DNA of 64,000 nucleotides from Malacoraja senta. Taxonomy: Eukaryota. Below, piece after piece: positions 38,295 through 58,572 of this stretch. Position numbers and translations under genes: made by a program. Numbering within the stretch: the first letter of the stretch is position 1; every line of letters begins with the position of its first letter. The notes beneath the pieces are model-generated. The model worked only from the letters and a program-made list of their open reading frames with translations, was not told the DNA's origin and ran no database searches. Location of the stretch: contig JAXLNO010000051.1 of assembly GCA_038087875.1 (NCBI GenBank), positions 310,001 to 374,000 on the forward strand, written 5' to 3'.

Positions 38295-39075
38295 AAAGTG
38301 AGGTTATCCACTTTGGTAGCAAAAACAGGAAGGCAGATTGCTATCTAAATTGCGTCAAGTGGGGAAAAGAGGAAGTACAACAAGATCTGGGGCTTCTTGT
38401 ACACCAGTCTATGAAAGTAAACAAGCAGGTACAGCAGGCAGTGAAGAAAGCGAATGGCATGTTGGCCTTTATAACAAGAGGAATCGAATATAGGAGCAAA
38501 GAGGTCCTTCTGCAGTTGTACAGAGCCCTAGTGAGACCACATCTGGAATGTTGTGTGCAGTTTTGGTCCCCTAATTTGAGGAAGGACTTTCTTGTTATTG
38601 AGGGAGTGCAGCGTAGGTTTACAAGGTTAATTCCCAGGATGGAGCAGCTGGGCTTGGACACTTTGGAGTTTAGAAGGATGAGAGGGTATCTCATTGAGAC
38701 ATATAAGATTGTTAAGGGCTTGGACACACTAGAGGCAGGACACGTGTTCCCGGTGTTGGGGGAGTCCTGAACCAGGGACCACAGTTTAAGAATAAGGAGT
38801 AAGCCATTTAGAACGGAGACGAGAAAACGCTTTTTCTCACAGAGAGTGGCGAGTCTGTGGAATTCTCTGCCTCAGAGGGCGGTGGAGGCAGGTTCTCTGG
38901 ATGCTTTCAAGAGAGAGCTAGATAGGGATCTTAAAAATAGCGGAGTCAGGGGATTTTGGAAGAAGGCAGGGACGGGGTACTGATTGGGGATAATCAGCCA
39001 TGATCACATTGAATGGCGGTGCTGGCTCGAAGGGCCAAATGGCCTACACCTGCACCTATTGTCTATTGTCTATTG
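38295..39075 (+). mobile_element. CR1 LINE 3' fragment, paralog of the insertion at 59403-60670 lacking its 5' ~490 bp
   Basis: QAVKKANGMLAFITRGIEYRSKEVLLQLYRALVRPHLE; 3' tail CTATTGTCTATTGTCTATTG joined to AACTCGAAC as at 60670. Confidence 0.92.
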
Positions 39076-39802
39076 AACTCGAACTCTAACTCGAACTCTA
39101 CCACGAATATCTTGAACTCGAACTCAAATTGCGGGCGGAGCATCAAGGCAAATTCCTTGTATGTGAATACATGGTCAATAAACTTATTCATTCATTTATT
39201 CATGCATTCAGTAAACTCGCTAGAACTCTCTCTCGAACTCAAACTCGAACTCTATTTTGAACTCGATCTCGAACTCGAATTCAAACTTGAAATCGAACTC
39301 TATCTTGAACTCGAACTCTATCGCGAACTCTAACACTCTCTCGAACTCGAAATCTATCTCTAAATCTATCTCGAACTCTCTCTCGAACTCTCTCTCGAAC
39401 TCTATCTCTTTCTCTCTCTAACTAAAACTCGAACTCGAACTCGTACTCTATCTCGAACTCGAAATCTTATCTCGAACTCGAAATATCTCGAACTCTCTCT
39501 CGAACTTGAACTCTATCTCGAACTATCTCGAACGCGAACTCGATATTAAACTCGATCTCGATCTCGAACTTTATCTTGAACTCGAACTATCTTGAACTCG
39601 AACTCTATCTCCAGCTAAAACTCGAATTCGAATTCGAACTATCTCGACCTCGAACTTTATCTCGAACTCGAAATCTATCTCGAACTCGAATTCGAATTCG
39701 AATTCGATCTTGAACTCGAGTTGGATTTCGACTTACGGGCGGAGCATCAAGGCAAACTCCTTGTACGTGAAAACTTGGCCAATAAACTAATTCGTTAATT
39801 CA
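39076..39802 (+). repeat. Composite satellite block, paralog of 60671-61500
   Basis: Cores GCATCAAGG..ATGGTCAATAAAC (39130 vs 60810) and AAACTCCTTGTACG (39755 vs 61445). Confidence 0.9.
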
Positions 39803-40082
39803 TTTTTTCAATATTTTAATTTTATTAGAAGTAAGTACAATTGTATACAATCATATTTTCATAATACATGTTATGTACAGCTTCTTAATTTTTTATTATA
39901 GTAAAGAAGAAAAAGAAAAAGAAATTAGATAATAAAGGATAGAAAAACGTGAGATATATAGTGTGTGGAGAAGAAGAATAGAGAATGAAAGAAGAAAGTT
40001 AAAGAGTAGAAAATAGGAAAAAGAGAGTAAAAGAAAAAAGGAAGAAAAAGAAAAAAGAAGTAAGGAGATCTTATTTATAATT

Positions 40083-43000
40083 TTACAATTGTGTTGCACC
40101 ATATGATTCCAAAAAGACGTCAAATGGAGACCAACTCGTTATGAATTGGTCAGATTTATCTATTAGGAGGAATCGCATTTCCTCAAGATGTGCGGTGTCC
40201 AACATACTTGCAATCCACATTTTGAGCGTTGGTATTCGTGTATTTTTCCAAAATTTAAGTATTAATTTTTTTGCTATTTTTAAACCATAATTAAAAAACA
40301 AATTTTGAGATGAATTCAATTTATTCCCATCTTCCATTACCCCAAATATAATCAATTCATTATTAGGTTCCATTTTTATCTCAAATAATTTTGTAAATAT
40401 TTCGAAAATATCACTCCACAATCTATAAGGTTTTATGCAGGAAACAAAAGAGTGTGTTATAGTTGCGTTTTGGGTTAAACACTTATCGCAAATGGGGGAT
40501 ATATTTGGATAGAATTGATTTAATCTTCTTTTTGAATAATATAATCTATGTAAAATTTTTAATTGAATTAGATTATGTCTTCCATTAATCGAACATTTGT
40601 GAATGTATATCAAATACTTTTCCCATGTAACCTTCGTAATTTTTATCATTAATTCCCGTTCCCACTCTTCTCTAAGTACCTCTGTCGATGGTAGGTCTAT
40701 ACTTAAAATACTATTATATAAATATGATATTAATTTTTGTGCGTCAGCTTTAATATTCCTTGCTTCTTCCAATAAATCAGGAGTTATTTTTTGATATCCT
40801 TGTATATATTTCTTCGTGAAATGGCAAATCTGATTGTAATTGTTGAAATGATAATACATTTCCCATTTCATACATATCCCCGATCCTTTTAATTCCTAAA
40901 CTTTCCCATTGATTATATGTTTTGTCAATAACAGATGGTTTAAATAAAGGATTATTCGCTATTGGTATTAACAATGATAAATTTCTTAATTTTAAGGATC
41001 ATTTTATTTGTTTCCATATTCTTATTGTATTATGTATAATTGGGTTCTTCTTATATATTGTATTGTTCAGTTTTTTCGGGGAGAATAGGATCGTTCCTAT
41101 ATTACAAGGAAAACAATCCTCTTTCTCCATTTTTATCCATTCTGTCCGTTGGTAGAACTGTCCAAGCAATAAATTATATTCTTAATATGCACTGCCGAAT
41201 AATAATACAGAAAATTCTGGAGTGAAAGTCCCCCGACATCTTTTGGTTTAAATACGTTTTTTTTTAAATTCTATGTGATTTATAATCCCAAATAAAATTA
41301 GTAATAATAAAGTCTAATTTTTTTTAAAGTATTTTGGTATATATACTGGTATAGACTGAAATAGGTATAATAGTTGTGGTAGAAAGATCATTTGTATAGC
41401 ATTTATTCTACCTATTAATGAGAAAGGAAGTGTTTTCCAAAATTTAATCAGTATATTTAATAAAGGTATAAAATTTGTTTAATAAAGGTATAAAATTAGC
41501 ATTGAATAATGCTTTATATTTTCCAGTAATCTGATTACCCAAATATTTAATTTTTTCTGTTGCTGTTTTAAAGGGGAACTTCAGTAAGTGTGTAGATTCT
41601 TGAGGTTTTAACGTCATGATTTCACTTTTATTCCAATTTATTCTATATCCAGAAAAGGAGCCAAATTCCTCTATTAAGTTTAATAAATTTGGTATGCTCG
41701 TTTGTGATTTTGTAATATATAAAAGAATATCATCTGCATATAATGAAATGTTATTATTTGAGTCCCTAGTATTATAACCCTGAATATTCGGATGACTTCT
41801 TATACTTTCAGCCAAAGGCTCTATCATAAGGGCAAATAGCAGGGGTGATAATGCCTATTACCCCTTGATAATTGAAATTTTTGAGATAACATATTATTAG
41901 TTAATATTCTTGCCATCGGTTTATCATATAATAATTTTACCCATGTAATAAAATTCTCTCCCATATTAATTTTTTGCAATACTTTGTATAAATACTGAAA
42001 TTCTACCTGATCAAATGCTTTCTCTGCATCCAGAGAAATAATTGATATATCTTCTTCCTCCACTTTATCTGAGTACATTATATTAAACAGGCGTCGCAAA
42101 TTATTAAATTAAAATCTTTTGGGTAAAAACCCCGTTTGATCAGGGTTTATCAATGTACTAATATATTTGCTTAGTCTTCTTACTAAAGTCTTTGCTAGAA
42201 TTTTCTGGTCTGTATTTAAAAGTGATATAGCGCTATATGAGTCCGGATCCTCTAAATCGTTATCTTTTTTTGGAATAAACGTAATAGTTGATTCTGCTAA
42301 TCTTTCAGGTAGTTTATTATCTTTAAAAGCGTGAGTATATAAATTAAATAAATAAGGAGTCGTTATGTCATGATTTTTTAAATAAAATTCATTACTAAAA
42401 CCGTCTGGTCCCGGTGTCTTACCATTTGTCAACGATTTTATTGTTTCACCTATTTCTTCGATTGTAATTTAAGCTCCAAGTTCCTCTTGTTCCAAAAGGT
42501 CAGGTTTTGGAAGATTACAATTATCTAAGAAATTCTTGATTTTACTATCTTCTATTTTAGTTTTTGATGTATATAAATTTTGATAAAATTGAGCAAATCT
42601 TTTATTAATATCTTTAGGTAGTATTAGTAATTCACCTTTCTCTGATTTAATTTTATTTATAGTATTTTATTTTCCTTGTTTTTCAGTTGACGAGCTAAAA
42701 GCTTATGTGGTTTGTCACCAAACTCAAAATGTTCCTGTTTTGTAATTTGGAATAATCTTATTACTCTTGCCGATAGAATTCGATTAAGTTTAAATTTCAG
42801 TAATATTATCTTATTATGTTTATCTATAGTGGTCTTTAGCATTATCTAACTCTAACTGTCTATTTTCTTGTTCTAGCAACATTTGTTCTGTCTTATTCTT
42901 TTTATTTTGAAAAATTTCGTATGAAATTATAATTACTCTAATAAATGCCTTAAAAGTTTCCCATAATAAAGAAGGCGAGGTACCTGGCATATCATTTGTA

Positions 43001-43846
43001 TCAAAAAAAAGTTTCATTTGTTGTTTTAAATATTGATAACCTTGTATGTCATTTAAAATATGTGTATTAAACCTCCCAAAAAAAATTTTACCCAGCATTC
43101 CCTCGAATTATACTGAAAATGTCAGTGGAGAGTGATCAGAAATACTACTAATGTGGTACGTTGGATTAATTGTATATGGCATTAATTTCATATCCACTAA
43201 AAAATAAGCAATTCTTGAATAAGTTTTATGTACCGAAGAGTAAAACGAGTATTCCCTTCCAGCTGGATTAGCAGATCTCCATACATCTATTACATTAGTA
43301 TTTTTAATATATGTATTTAAAAGTTCACTAGTCTTAGATTTTAAATTACTCCTCTTTTGTGCTACTGATTTGTCTAGATACGGATCTAAAACATAATTGA
43401 AGTCCCCTCCTTTTTATCGCATTCTGATAATTAAACTCTGATATATCTATAATTTTATCAAAATATTTGGGGTTGTCAAAGTACGGAGCGTAAATATTTA
43501 TCATAGTTAGTGGGGTTGCATAAATTTCTCCCGAAACTATAATATACCTTCCCTCTTTATCTGATATAGTATTCTTTAATTTAAAAGGTATACCTTTTCG
43601 GATAAGAATAGCCGTACCTCTAGATTTAGAAGTAAATGACGAATAATATGTTTGACCTATCCACTTCGCCTTTAATCTCATCTGTGTTTGTTGTTTCATG
43701 TGAGTTTCCTGTAAAAACATTATGTCGCTGTTCATAGATTTTAGTTGAGCAAAAATTTTACCCCTCTTAATTGGTTCATTCGCACCCCTTATATTCCAAC
43801 TACAGAATGTAATTCCTCCATTCTTTATTTGTCTATCGTCTTGCAT
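40083..43846 (-). pseudogene. L1 ORF2p remnant
   Basis: SWNIRG, FLQETH, GKTPGPDGF, LDAEKAFD, LYADD, CDKC; many frameshifts. Confidence 0.92.
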
Positions 43847-44892
43847 TATATATCAAAATAGTATTCCTGAATCATATGGTGCAACCAAATACCTCAGAGT
43901 TCTGGGTGTTGGGTGGTCATGCCAAATGTTTAGATTTATATAGCATCTCCTTCTTGTGTAGTGCCTTTGGAAAAGAAAAGAAAGATGTGATATAAAATTG
44001 ATTACAAAGAAAGTGAGCGAATAAAAGTCTTTATAGTGAAAAAAAGTGCTCTTAAGATATCTAAGAAAAGATATCTTAAAGACGAATGGCTACCTAAGGT
44101 GGCGAAAAATGTATAGACTTCCGTTGGTTGTTATACATTGAGCTCCAACTCCTTAATAGATCCTCATAAAAAGCTACAGACCGTTACATATTTTATCTTT
44201 GCTTATATAAATTTATCAAACCAGCCCCAATAAAAACCGAACAAAATTAACAAAAAAAATCAAAGGGAGACATAAAAAAGAAAAGAAAAAAGAATATAAA
44301 ACACAACCTAAGTTCAATTTTATAAGTATATATGCCCTTCCAATTTATCTAACCTTAATCTAGTGTAAGCTTTACCATGTATATCCACCCAGAATTCTTA
44401 CACATATAAACAGGTACCAAGGGGTTAAACAAAACCTCACTACAGGATCTATTCCAGTTATATGCTGCAACTAACTCCTACCCACATAACAACAAAAAGG
44501 TATGTTAGTGGTGTTATAGACGTTTTAGTGACTTAAATCATAATTATATACACTCCCATTATCTCCTTCCCCGTCTCATGATTTATTCATATTTACTACA
44601 TACATTCACAAATAATTAGTATTGTTAAATTTGTTAAAGTCGTCAATTATTTATAATTGGAGTATAATAATTAAAAATCTTCTTAACACAGCAGATTTTA
44701 TATCCCATGTTGTTCCATGTCCATTATACATTCCCTCATTAATTCTGTGTCTTCAACGTCTTTTGTTTATCTTTAAGCTTTTCATTCAAGGTGAAATATA
44801 GACAGTACTCTCCCAAACACATTCCAGACAGATAAGCTTGCTAACTGTCAGGAAAATTCCGCCATATTAACCAGTCCTAAAAGTTAAACAGA

Positions 44893-45969
44893 TCATTCTT
44901 CATCCACTTCACCAGATGTTTTCTTTACGATATCCTCTGCACATTTAAAAGCTTTTTCGGGGTCTGTGAACGACCGTACAGTGCCATTATGAGTAAGCTT
45001 CATTTTAGCTGGATAAACAATTCCATATCTCACATCGCGTATCCCTTTCAGAATATTTATTGTCTGTGTAAACAAGTTCCTTCTCTGGACGACCTCCGGG
45101 GGGTAATCCCGGAAAAATCGAATATTATCCCCACGATATGTCAGATTCACCCCATCAGAATTTTTTTTCAATACAAATTCCACTGAAGAGATATCGAGGA
45201 ATTTCACAATTATCTGTCTTGGAGGAGCATTTGCCTCTCTTGAAACACGTCCAACTCTGTGAGCGACATCTATTCTTGGTGCTCCCGGCAGTTCAAAAAC
45301 ATCTTTGAGTAAGTCAGTAACAAAAGTACATGTTTGAGATCCATGACGCTCTCGTTCTTCTCACTCCAACAATTCTCAAATTCTGTCTTCTCGATCTTGC
45401 TTCCAAGTCCAGACATTTATCCGTCATTTTTACGTTTTTCTTCTTCAGTTTTTTGTGATTTTTTCAAACTCTTTATTTCAGTGGCCATTACTTTCATTTC
45501 ATTCTCCATCTCTTCCATTAACTCATCCAGCTTTCCCATATTATCCTTAACATCAGTGAATTTCTTATTATAGTCATTTGCGAGTCTAGCACATTCTAAT
45601 TTTTTATCAGCCTCCTTATGTTGTTTATTCAGCTCCTTTAACTCACCGTAAGCTGTATAAATGTTTTGAGAAATTCTCTCCATATTAGTCTCGATACTCT
45701 GCTTATTACTCTCCATATTAGACTCCATACTCTTGATATTTTCCAGTGTAGCATTGATTGTAGCAGACATTTCTAAAAGCATTTGCTTTACCTCCTTCTC
45801 CTTCTTGTCTCCCTTTGCAGCCATCTCAAGCAGAGATCCTTGGCTGTCGAATTCTTCTTCTTCTGAGCCTTGTGAGCCTACTTCTGTCGTTTGCAGAGTA
45901 TCCAAGACTTTCTCGAGTTGGAGACATGGTGTTCTTCTTGGGTGCTCGTGAGCCTTTTTCTCTTCTCAT
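44893..45969 (-). pseudogene. L1 ORF1p remnant
   Basis: Coiled-coil-like ORF 45417..45905 and CTD ORF 44893..45207. Start approximate. Confidence 0.83.
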
Positions 45970-46172
45970 TTAAAATTCCCGATTTTTAGCGTTAAACCCG
46001 TTTTTCGCGTCGCCTTCTGATGACGTAACCCTTACGCAACGCCAGGCAGGTCCGGTGAGTTTTTTAAATCGGTAATGATTTAGAAAACAGCTTTTTAACG
46101 GTTTTTAACAGTTGTTGCCGGGGAGGAGCTCAATGTGACGCCTTCAGTGCTCCATAGCGCCATCGGATGTCC

Positions 46173-53139
<6,967 letters not shown>

Positions 53140-56100
53140 TTTTGATATCGGCTCGATATTATTTGCTACGTCTAAATTAAACAAAAAAAATTATAGGGAA
53201 AACCCTATAATATTTAGTGCTATACGAATTTGGAAACAATTAAAAAAGACATTAAAATTAGATAATTTATCACTTTTTCTTCCAATTTTGAATAACCCTT
53301 TGTTTAAGCCCTCATGGTTGGACAGGGGTTTTACACAATGGAAGAATAATGGAATTAAAAATATGGGACAACTTTACAAGGAAGGCACTTTTCTGACATT
53401 TCAGGAGTTGCAACAGACTTATGGACTCCGAGGAAATTATTATTTCAGATATCTTCAACTCAGAGATTATGTAAAATCGAATACTCAAAATTTTCGAATT
53501 AGAAATTCAGAAATTCTTGACGAATGTTGGAATAAACATCCTAATACAGAAAAATTAATATCTTATATATATAATATCTTATTAGACAGTGACATTCCAT
53601 CGACGGACTTACACAGACAAACATGGGAACAAGAATTAAATCAAATAATAACGAAAGATACTTCGGAAGAAAGTTTACAACACATACATCAATGTTCATT
53701 AAATGCCAGACATTTTTTTTTTTTTTTTTTTTTTTTTAATTTTTTTAAATTTTATTTATTAGAAGTACATTACATTACAACCACATACATTAATACTCGT
53801 CATTTATATCTTCTTACAATTAATGTACTCCCTTTATTTATTTTTTTACACCAGAAAAGGAAAAGATTGAAAGAAAGAAGAAAGTGAAGGAAAAAGTGCA
53901 AGTGTAGAAAAGTGTAGAAAATGTAACAACAAAAAAGGACGAAGACCCTATAAGAGCGAAATTAAAAACAAAAAGAAAAAGAGTTAAGAAATAGGCCCTA
54001 AGAAAAGCAAAGAGAAAGAGAAAAAAAGAGAAACAAATGGTTTTTTTTGAACATCACGTAAATAGGACATACCAACTCTTCAACTATCATCCCCCCTTAC
54101 CTGACCTCAATTTTTTATTTTTTTAAAGTACTTTTGCACCCTATGTTTGTAATAATTCTATAAATGCAGACCACGTCAGGTGGAAGTGATCTGGTTTACC
54201 TGCTAGGAGGAGTCTTATCTCTTCTAGGTGTAATGTTTCAAACATATTTGAAATCCACATATTTATAGTTGGTATTGGAGCCTTCTTCCAAAATTTTAGA
54301 ATTAGCTTTTTTCCAGTTATTAACCCATAGTCCATTAATTTCTTTTGAAACACATTTAGTTCTGGATCATCTTCCGTTATTCCTAAGATAATCCATTCTG
54401 CTTTGGGTATCAGTCTTGTTTTAAATAACTTTGTAAAGATTTCAAAAATGTCATTCCAAAATTTTTGAATTTTTGTACAGAAGACAAATGAGTGCGCTAT
54501 AGTTGCTTCTTGGGATTGACATTTATCACAAATAGATGATACGTTTGGGAAAATTTTATGAATTTTAGTTTTCGAATAATATAATCTATGTAAAATTTTA
54601 AATTGTATTAAAGTGTGTCTTACATTAATCGAGCATTTATGCACGTTTAATAAGTATTCATTCCAACTTTCCTTTGAAATTTTAATAGCTAACTCTTGTT
54701 CCCAGTCTCTTCTGATACCCTCTGTAGGTGGTATTTGTACATTTAAAATAATATTATACAAATATGATATTAAGTTTGCTGATTCCGCTTTTATCTGCAT
54801 TGCGTCGTCCAATACATCGACTGGATTATTATAATGATCTTTTGTATATTTTTTCAAATAGTCACATATTTGAAAATATTTAAAATATTGATTATTTCCG
54901 AGTTTATATTTTATTTGTAATTGTTGAAATGAAAGTAATTTTCCAGTTTCATACAAGTCACCAAGCGTTTTAATTCCTAGTCTATCCCATTGTGTATAAG
55001 CTGTATCTATAATAGAAGGACTAAACGAAGGGTTATTGACTATAGGTAATAAAAGTGATAAGTTTCTTAATTTTAAATTTTGTTTTATTTGTTTCCAAAT
55101 ACGGATTGTACTATGAATAATTGGGTTCTTATTATAATTTATGTTATTCAGTTTCATTGGAGAAAGGAGGATCGCTCCAATGTTTCTAGAGGAGCAATCC
55201 TCTTTCTCCATTACAATCCAGTCTACTTGCTGGGCGGAGTTATCCATCAGTTGAATCATGTTTTTAATATTTACTGACCAATAATAATACATAAAATTAG
55301 GTAGTGCTAGACCCCCCAATACTTTAGGTTTATTCAGATGGGTTTTTTGTATTCTATGTGATTTATAATCCCATATAAAATTAGTGATATCTGAGTCGAG
55401 TTTTTTAAAAAACTTCTTAGGTAAGTATATAGGAATTGATTGAAATAGGTATAAAATTTGTGGTAAAAAGATCATTTTATTGCGTTTATTCGGCCTATTA
55501 AAGACATCGGGAGCGTTTTCCAGAATTTAATGAATGTATTTAGTTTATTAAGTAGGGGGTCAAAATTTGCCCTGAACATACCTTGGTATGTTCTGGTAAT
55601 TTCGATTCCCAAATATTTAAATTTTTCTGTAGCTATTTTAAAAGGGAATTTTAAAAGGTGTTGAATCTTTCGGTTTTATTGACATAATTTCACTTTTATT
55701 CCAGTTTATTCTATATCCAGAAAAAGATCCGAAGTCTTCAATTAAACTTAATATATTTGGTATAGTGATTTGAGGTTTTGTAATATACAATAATATATCA
55801 TCCGCGTATAAAGATATTTTATTATATGAGTCTTTAGTATTATATCCATGAATATCAGGGTGTATTCTAATTTTTTCTGCTAGCGGTTCAATAATGAGAG
55901 CAAACAGCTGTGGTGATAATGAGCATCCTTGTCTATTTCCCCATGATAGTTGAAATTTCGAGGATAATATGTTATTAGTTAGTATTCTAGCTGTAGGTTT
56001 GTTATATAGTAACTTAATCCATAAAATAAAATTCTCTCCCAGTTGAAATTTTTGTAATACTTTATCCATATAATTCCATTCTACTTGATCAAATGCTTTT

Positions 56101-58572
56101 TCAGCATCCAGCGAAATAATTGATAATTCTTGATCTTCAGATTTGTGTGAGTGCATTATGTTGAGTAGACGTCTCATATTATTAGAAGAGTATCTCTTAG
56201 GGATAAACCCTGCCTGATCTGGGTTTATTAATTTACTAATGTATTTACTTAATCTTCTAGCTAATGTTTTCGCTAATATTTTTTGATCTGTGTTTAACAA
56301 TGCTATAGCTCTATATGAGCCAGGTTCTTCTAAATCTTTATTTTCCTTAGGTATTAATGTAATCGTTGATTCCGCTAATGTATCAGGTAGTATTCGTTTT
56401 TTAAAAGCGTATTGGTACATTTTTTGTAATCTTGGTATTATTTTATCATAAAAGCTTTTATAAAATTCATTAGTAAATCCATCAGGGCCTGGTGTTTTTC
56501 CATTCTTTAATGAGTTTATTGTGTCTTCTAATTCCTTAATTGAGATTTGTGCACCCAGTTCCTCTTGTTCCTTCAGCTCTAACTTTGGAAGATTACAGGT
56601 ATCCAAGAACTTTGTGATATTATTGGAATCAATTATCGTTTTAGATGTATACAAATTCTCGTAAAATTGCGCAAATCTTTTATTAATATCCTTCGGTGTT
56701 GTTAATAATTCCCCTTTATCTGATTTGATCTTTGGTATAGTATGTTCCTTTTCTCGTTTTTTTAGCTGGCGAGCCAAAAGTTTATGCGGTTTATCCCCAA
56801 ATTCAAAGTGCTCTTGTTTTGTAATTTGAAAAAGTCTTATAAGTTTGGCAGATAATAATTTATTTAATTTAAATTTTAAAATTATTATTTTATTATGTTT
56901 ATCTATTGATGGATCTTTAGCATTATCTATATCCATTTGTCTAATAAGTTCTTCTAACTGTCTTTGTTCATTCTTATTCTTTTTATTTTGAAAAGCTTGA
57001 TATGAAATTATAATACCCCTAATGTATGCTTTAAAAGATTCCCAAAGTAAAGTAGGCGATATATCTGAAGTATCATTTGTTTGAAAAAAGACCTCCATTT
57101 GTTCTTTTAAATATATACTCGCTTGTGGATCTTTTAAAATTTGAGTTAAATCTCCAGAATGATTTATTCTTAGACAATCCTTCCAGTTTTAAAAAGAAAG
57201 TTAGTGGAGAATGGTCTGAAATTGAATTTGTATGGTATATTGCATTAGATGTTTGGGGGATTAATTTTGTATCCAGCAGAAAGTAGTCTATACGTGAGTA
57301 TGTCTTATGTACCATTGAGTAAAACGAATATTCCCTGCCAGTTGGATTCACAATTCTCCAAACATCTGCTATATTAGTGTTATTTATATAGGTATTGAGG
57401 AGTTCCCCAGTTTTCGATTTCATATTCCCTCTCTGTTTTTGACTTGATTTATCTAAGTACGGATCTAAAACACAGTTAAAGTCTCCGCCTATTATAACAT
57501 TTTGATAGTTTGACTCTGCAATTATATTGAAGATTTTATTGAAAAAGTGGGGGTTATCAAAGTTAGGGGCATATATATTTACCAAAGTAAGTGGAGTGTC
57601 ATGGATTTCTCCATTAACTATTAGGTATCTCCCTTCTATATCTGTTATAATATTCTTTGCTTTAAATGGTATACCTTTTCTTATGATAATTGACGTGCCT
57701 CTAGATTTTGAAGTAAATGAAGATTGGTATGTTTGACAAATGCCAGACATTCTTTAATACAATTTAAAGTAATACATAGGTTACATTATTCAAAAACAAA
57801 ATTACATAAAATCTTTCAACAAATCTCACCTATATGTGATAAATGTCAACATTTAGAAGCTACCTTATCTCATATGTTTGCAAACTGTATAAAAATTAAA
57901 AAATTCTGGGTAAATATTTTTAGTATAATATCTAAAGTGACCAGCACACAATTGGACCCGGATCCAAAATTAATAATACTCGGAACATTAGAATTAAATC
58001 AAACATTTACAACAACACAAAGAAACTTTATTGATTATAGTATAATAACAGGAAAAAAATGAATTCTAAAATTTTGGAAAGGCCCCACAACCACCACAAT
58101 TAAAATGTGGATTATAGAAATGACGGAGACCTTAAACGTGGACAGAATCAGATTTTCCCTGTTGGACAAACAGGAATTATTCGTTGGAACATGGTCTCCC
58201 TTTATTGATTATTTAAAGGGTCAGAATGGTTCAGCACAGGAACCTGACCAACACTCGGGCTAAAGAATGGATGAAATGCTATACTCTGAAATGTACGATT
58301 ATATCTCGAATGAAGTTTTTTTATTTTAATAAATGTTTCCATTCTTCTTTAACTATCTTTCTCTTTTGTTTTTTTTTTGTTTTTGTTTTTTATTTCTCTT
58401 TTCTTTCTTTACTTCATCTATCTTTTTAGTTCTATCTAGTTTTTTTTTTAAAAGGCAAAAGGTATTGGACAATGTAATAATAATTGACAATATTATCAAT
58501 TTAAAAATGTAAGACTGTAATGATGTTAATAGGTTGTGTACTTATCTCCAATAAAAAATATTTTCAAAAAAA
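53140..58572 (+). mobile_element. 5'-truncated L1 (second subfamily; ORF2 C-terminus plus 3'UTR), split by a nested L1; 10-bp TSD GAACTCGAAC
   Basis: NPIIFSAIRIWKQ..NNPLFKPS..HIHQCSLNARH (53140-53714) continues as ARHSLIQFKVIHRLHYSK..CDKC (from 57738); AATAAA at 58550 and A-tail; GAACTCGAAC at 53130-53139 and 58573-58582. Confidence 0.9.
53715..57737 (-). mobile_element. 5'-truncated L1 (third subfamily) with nearly whole ORF2 and long poly-A; ~14-bp TSD AAATGCCAGACATT
   Basis: T-run at 53713-53737; ORFs 57073..57750 (EN: NIYAP, GGDFN, SRIDYF, SDH), 55638..57098 (RT: GKTPGPDGF, DAEKAFD, QGCSLSP, YADD) and 54141..55475 (CCHC); TSD at 53701-53714 and 57738-57751. Confidence 0.94.

Larger units (their letters stand above)
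39803..46172 (-). mobile_element. Full-length inactivated L1, inverted duplicate of 9031-16074, without the CR1
   Basis: ORFs 43346..43846, 42109..42432, 41824..42099, 41444..41827, 40083..40871, 44893..45207 and 45417..45905 match the left copy almost residue for residue; same 5' flank. Confidence 0.94.
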
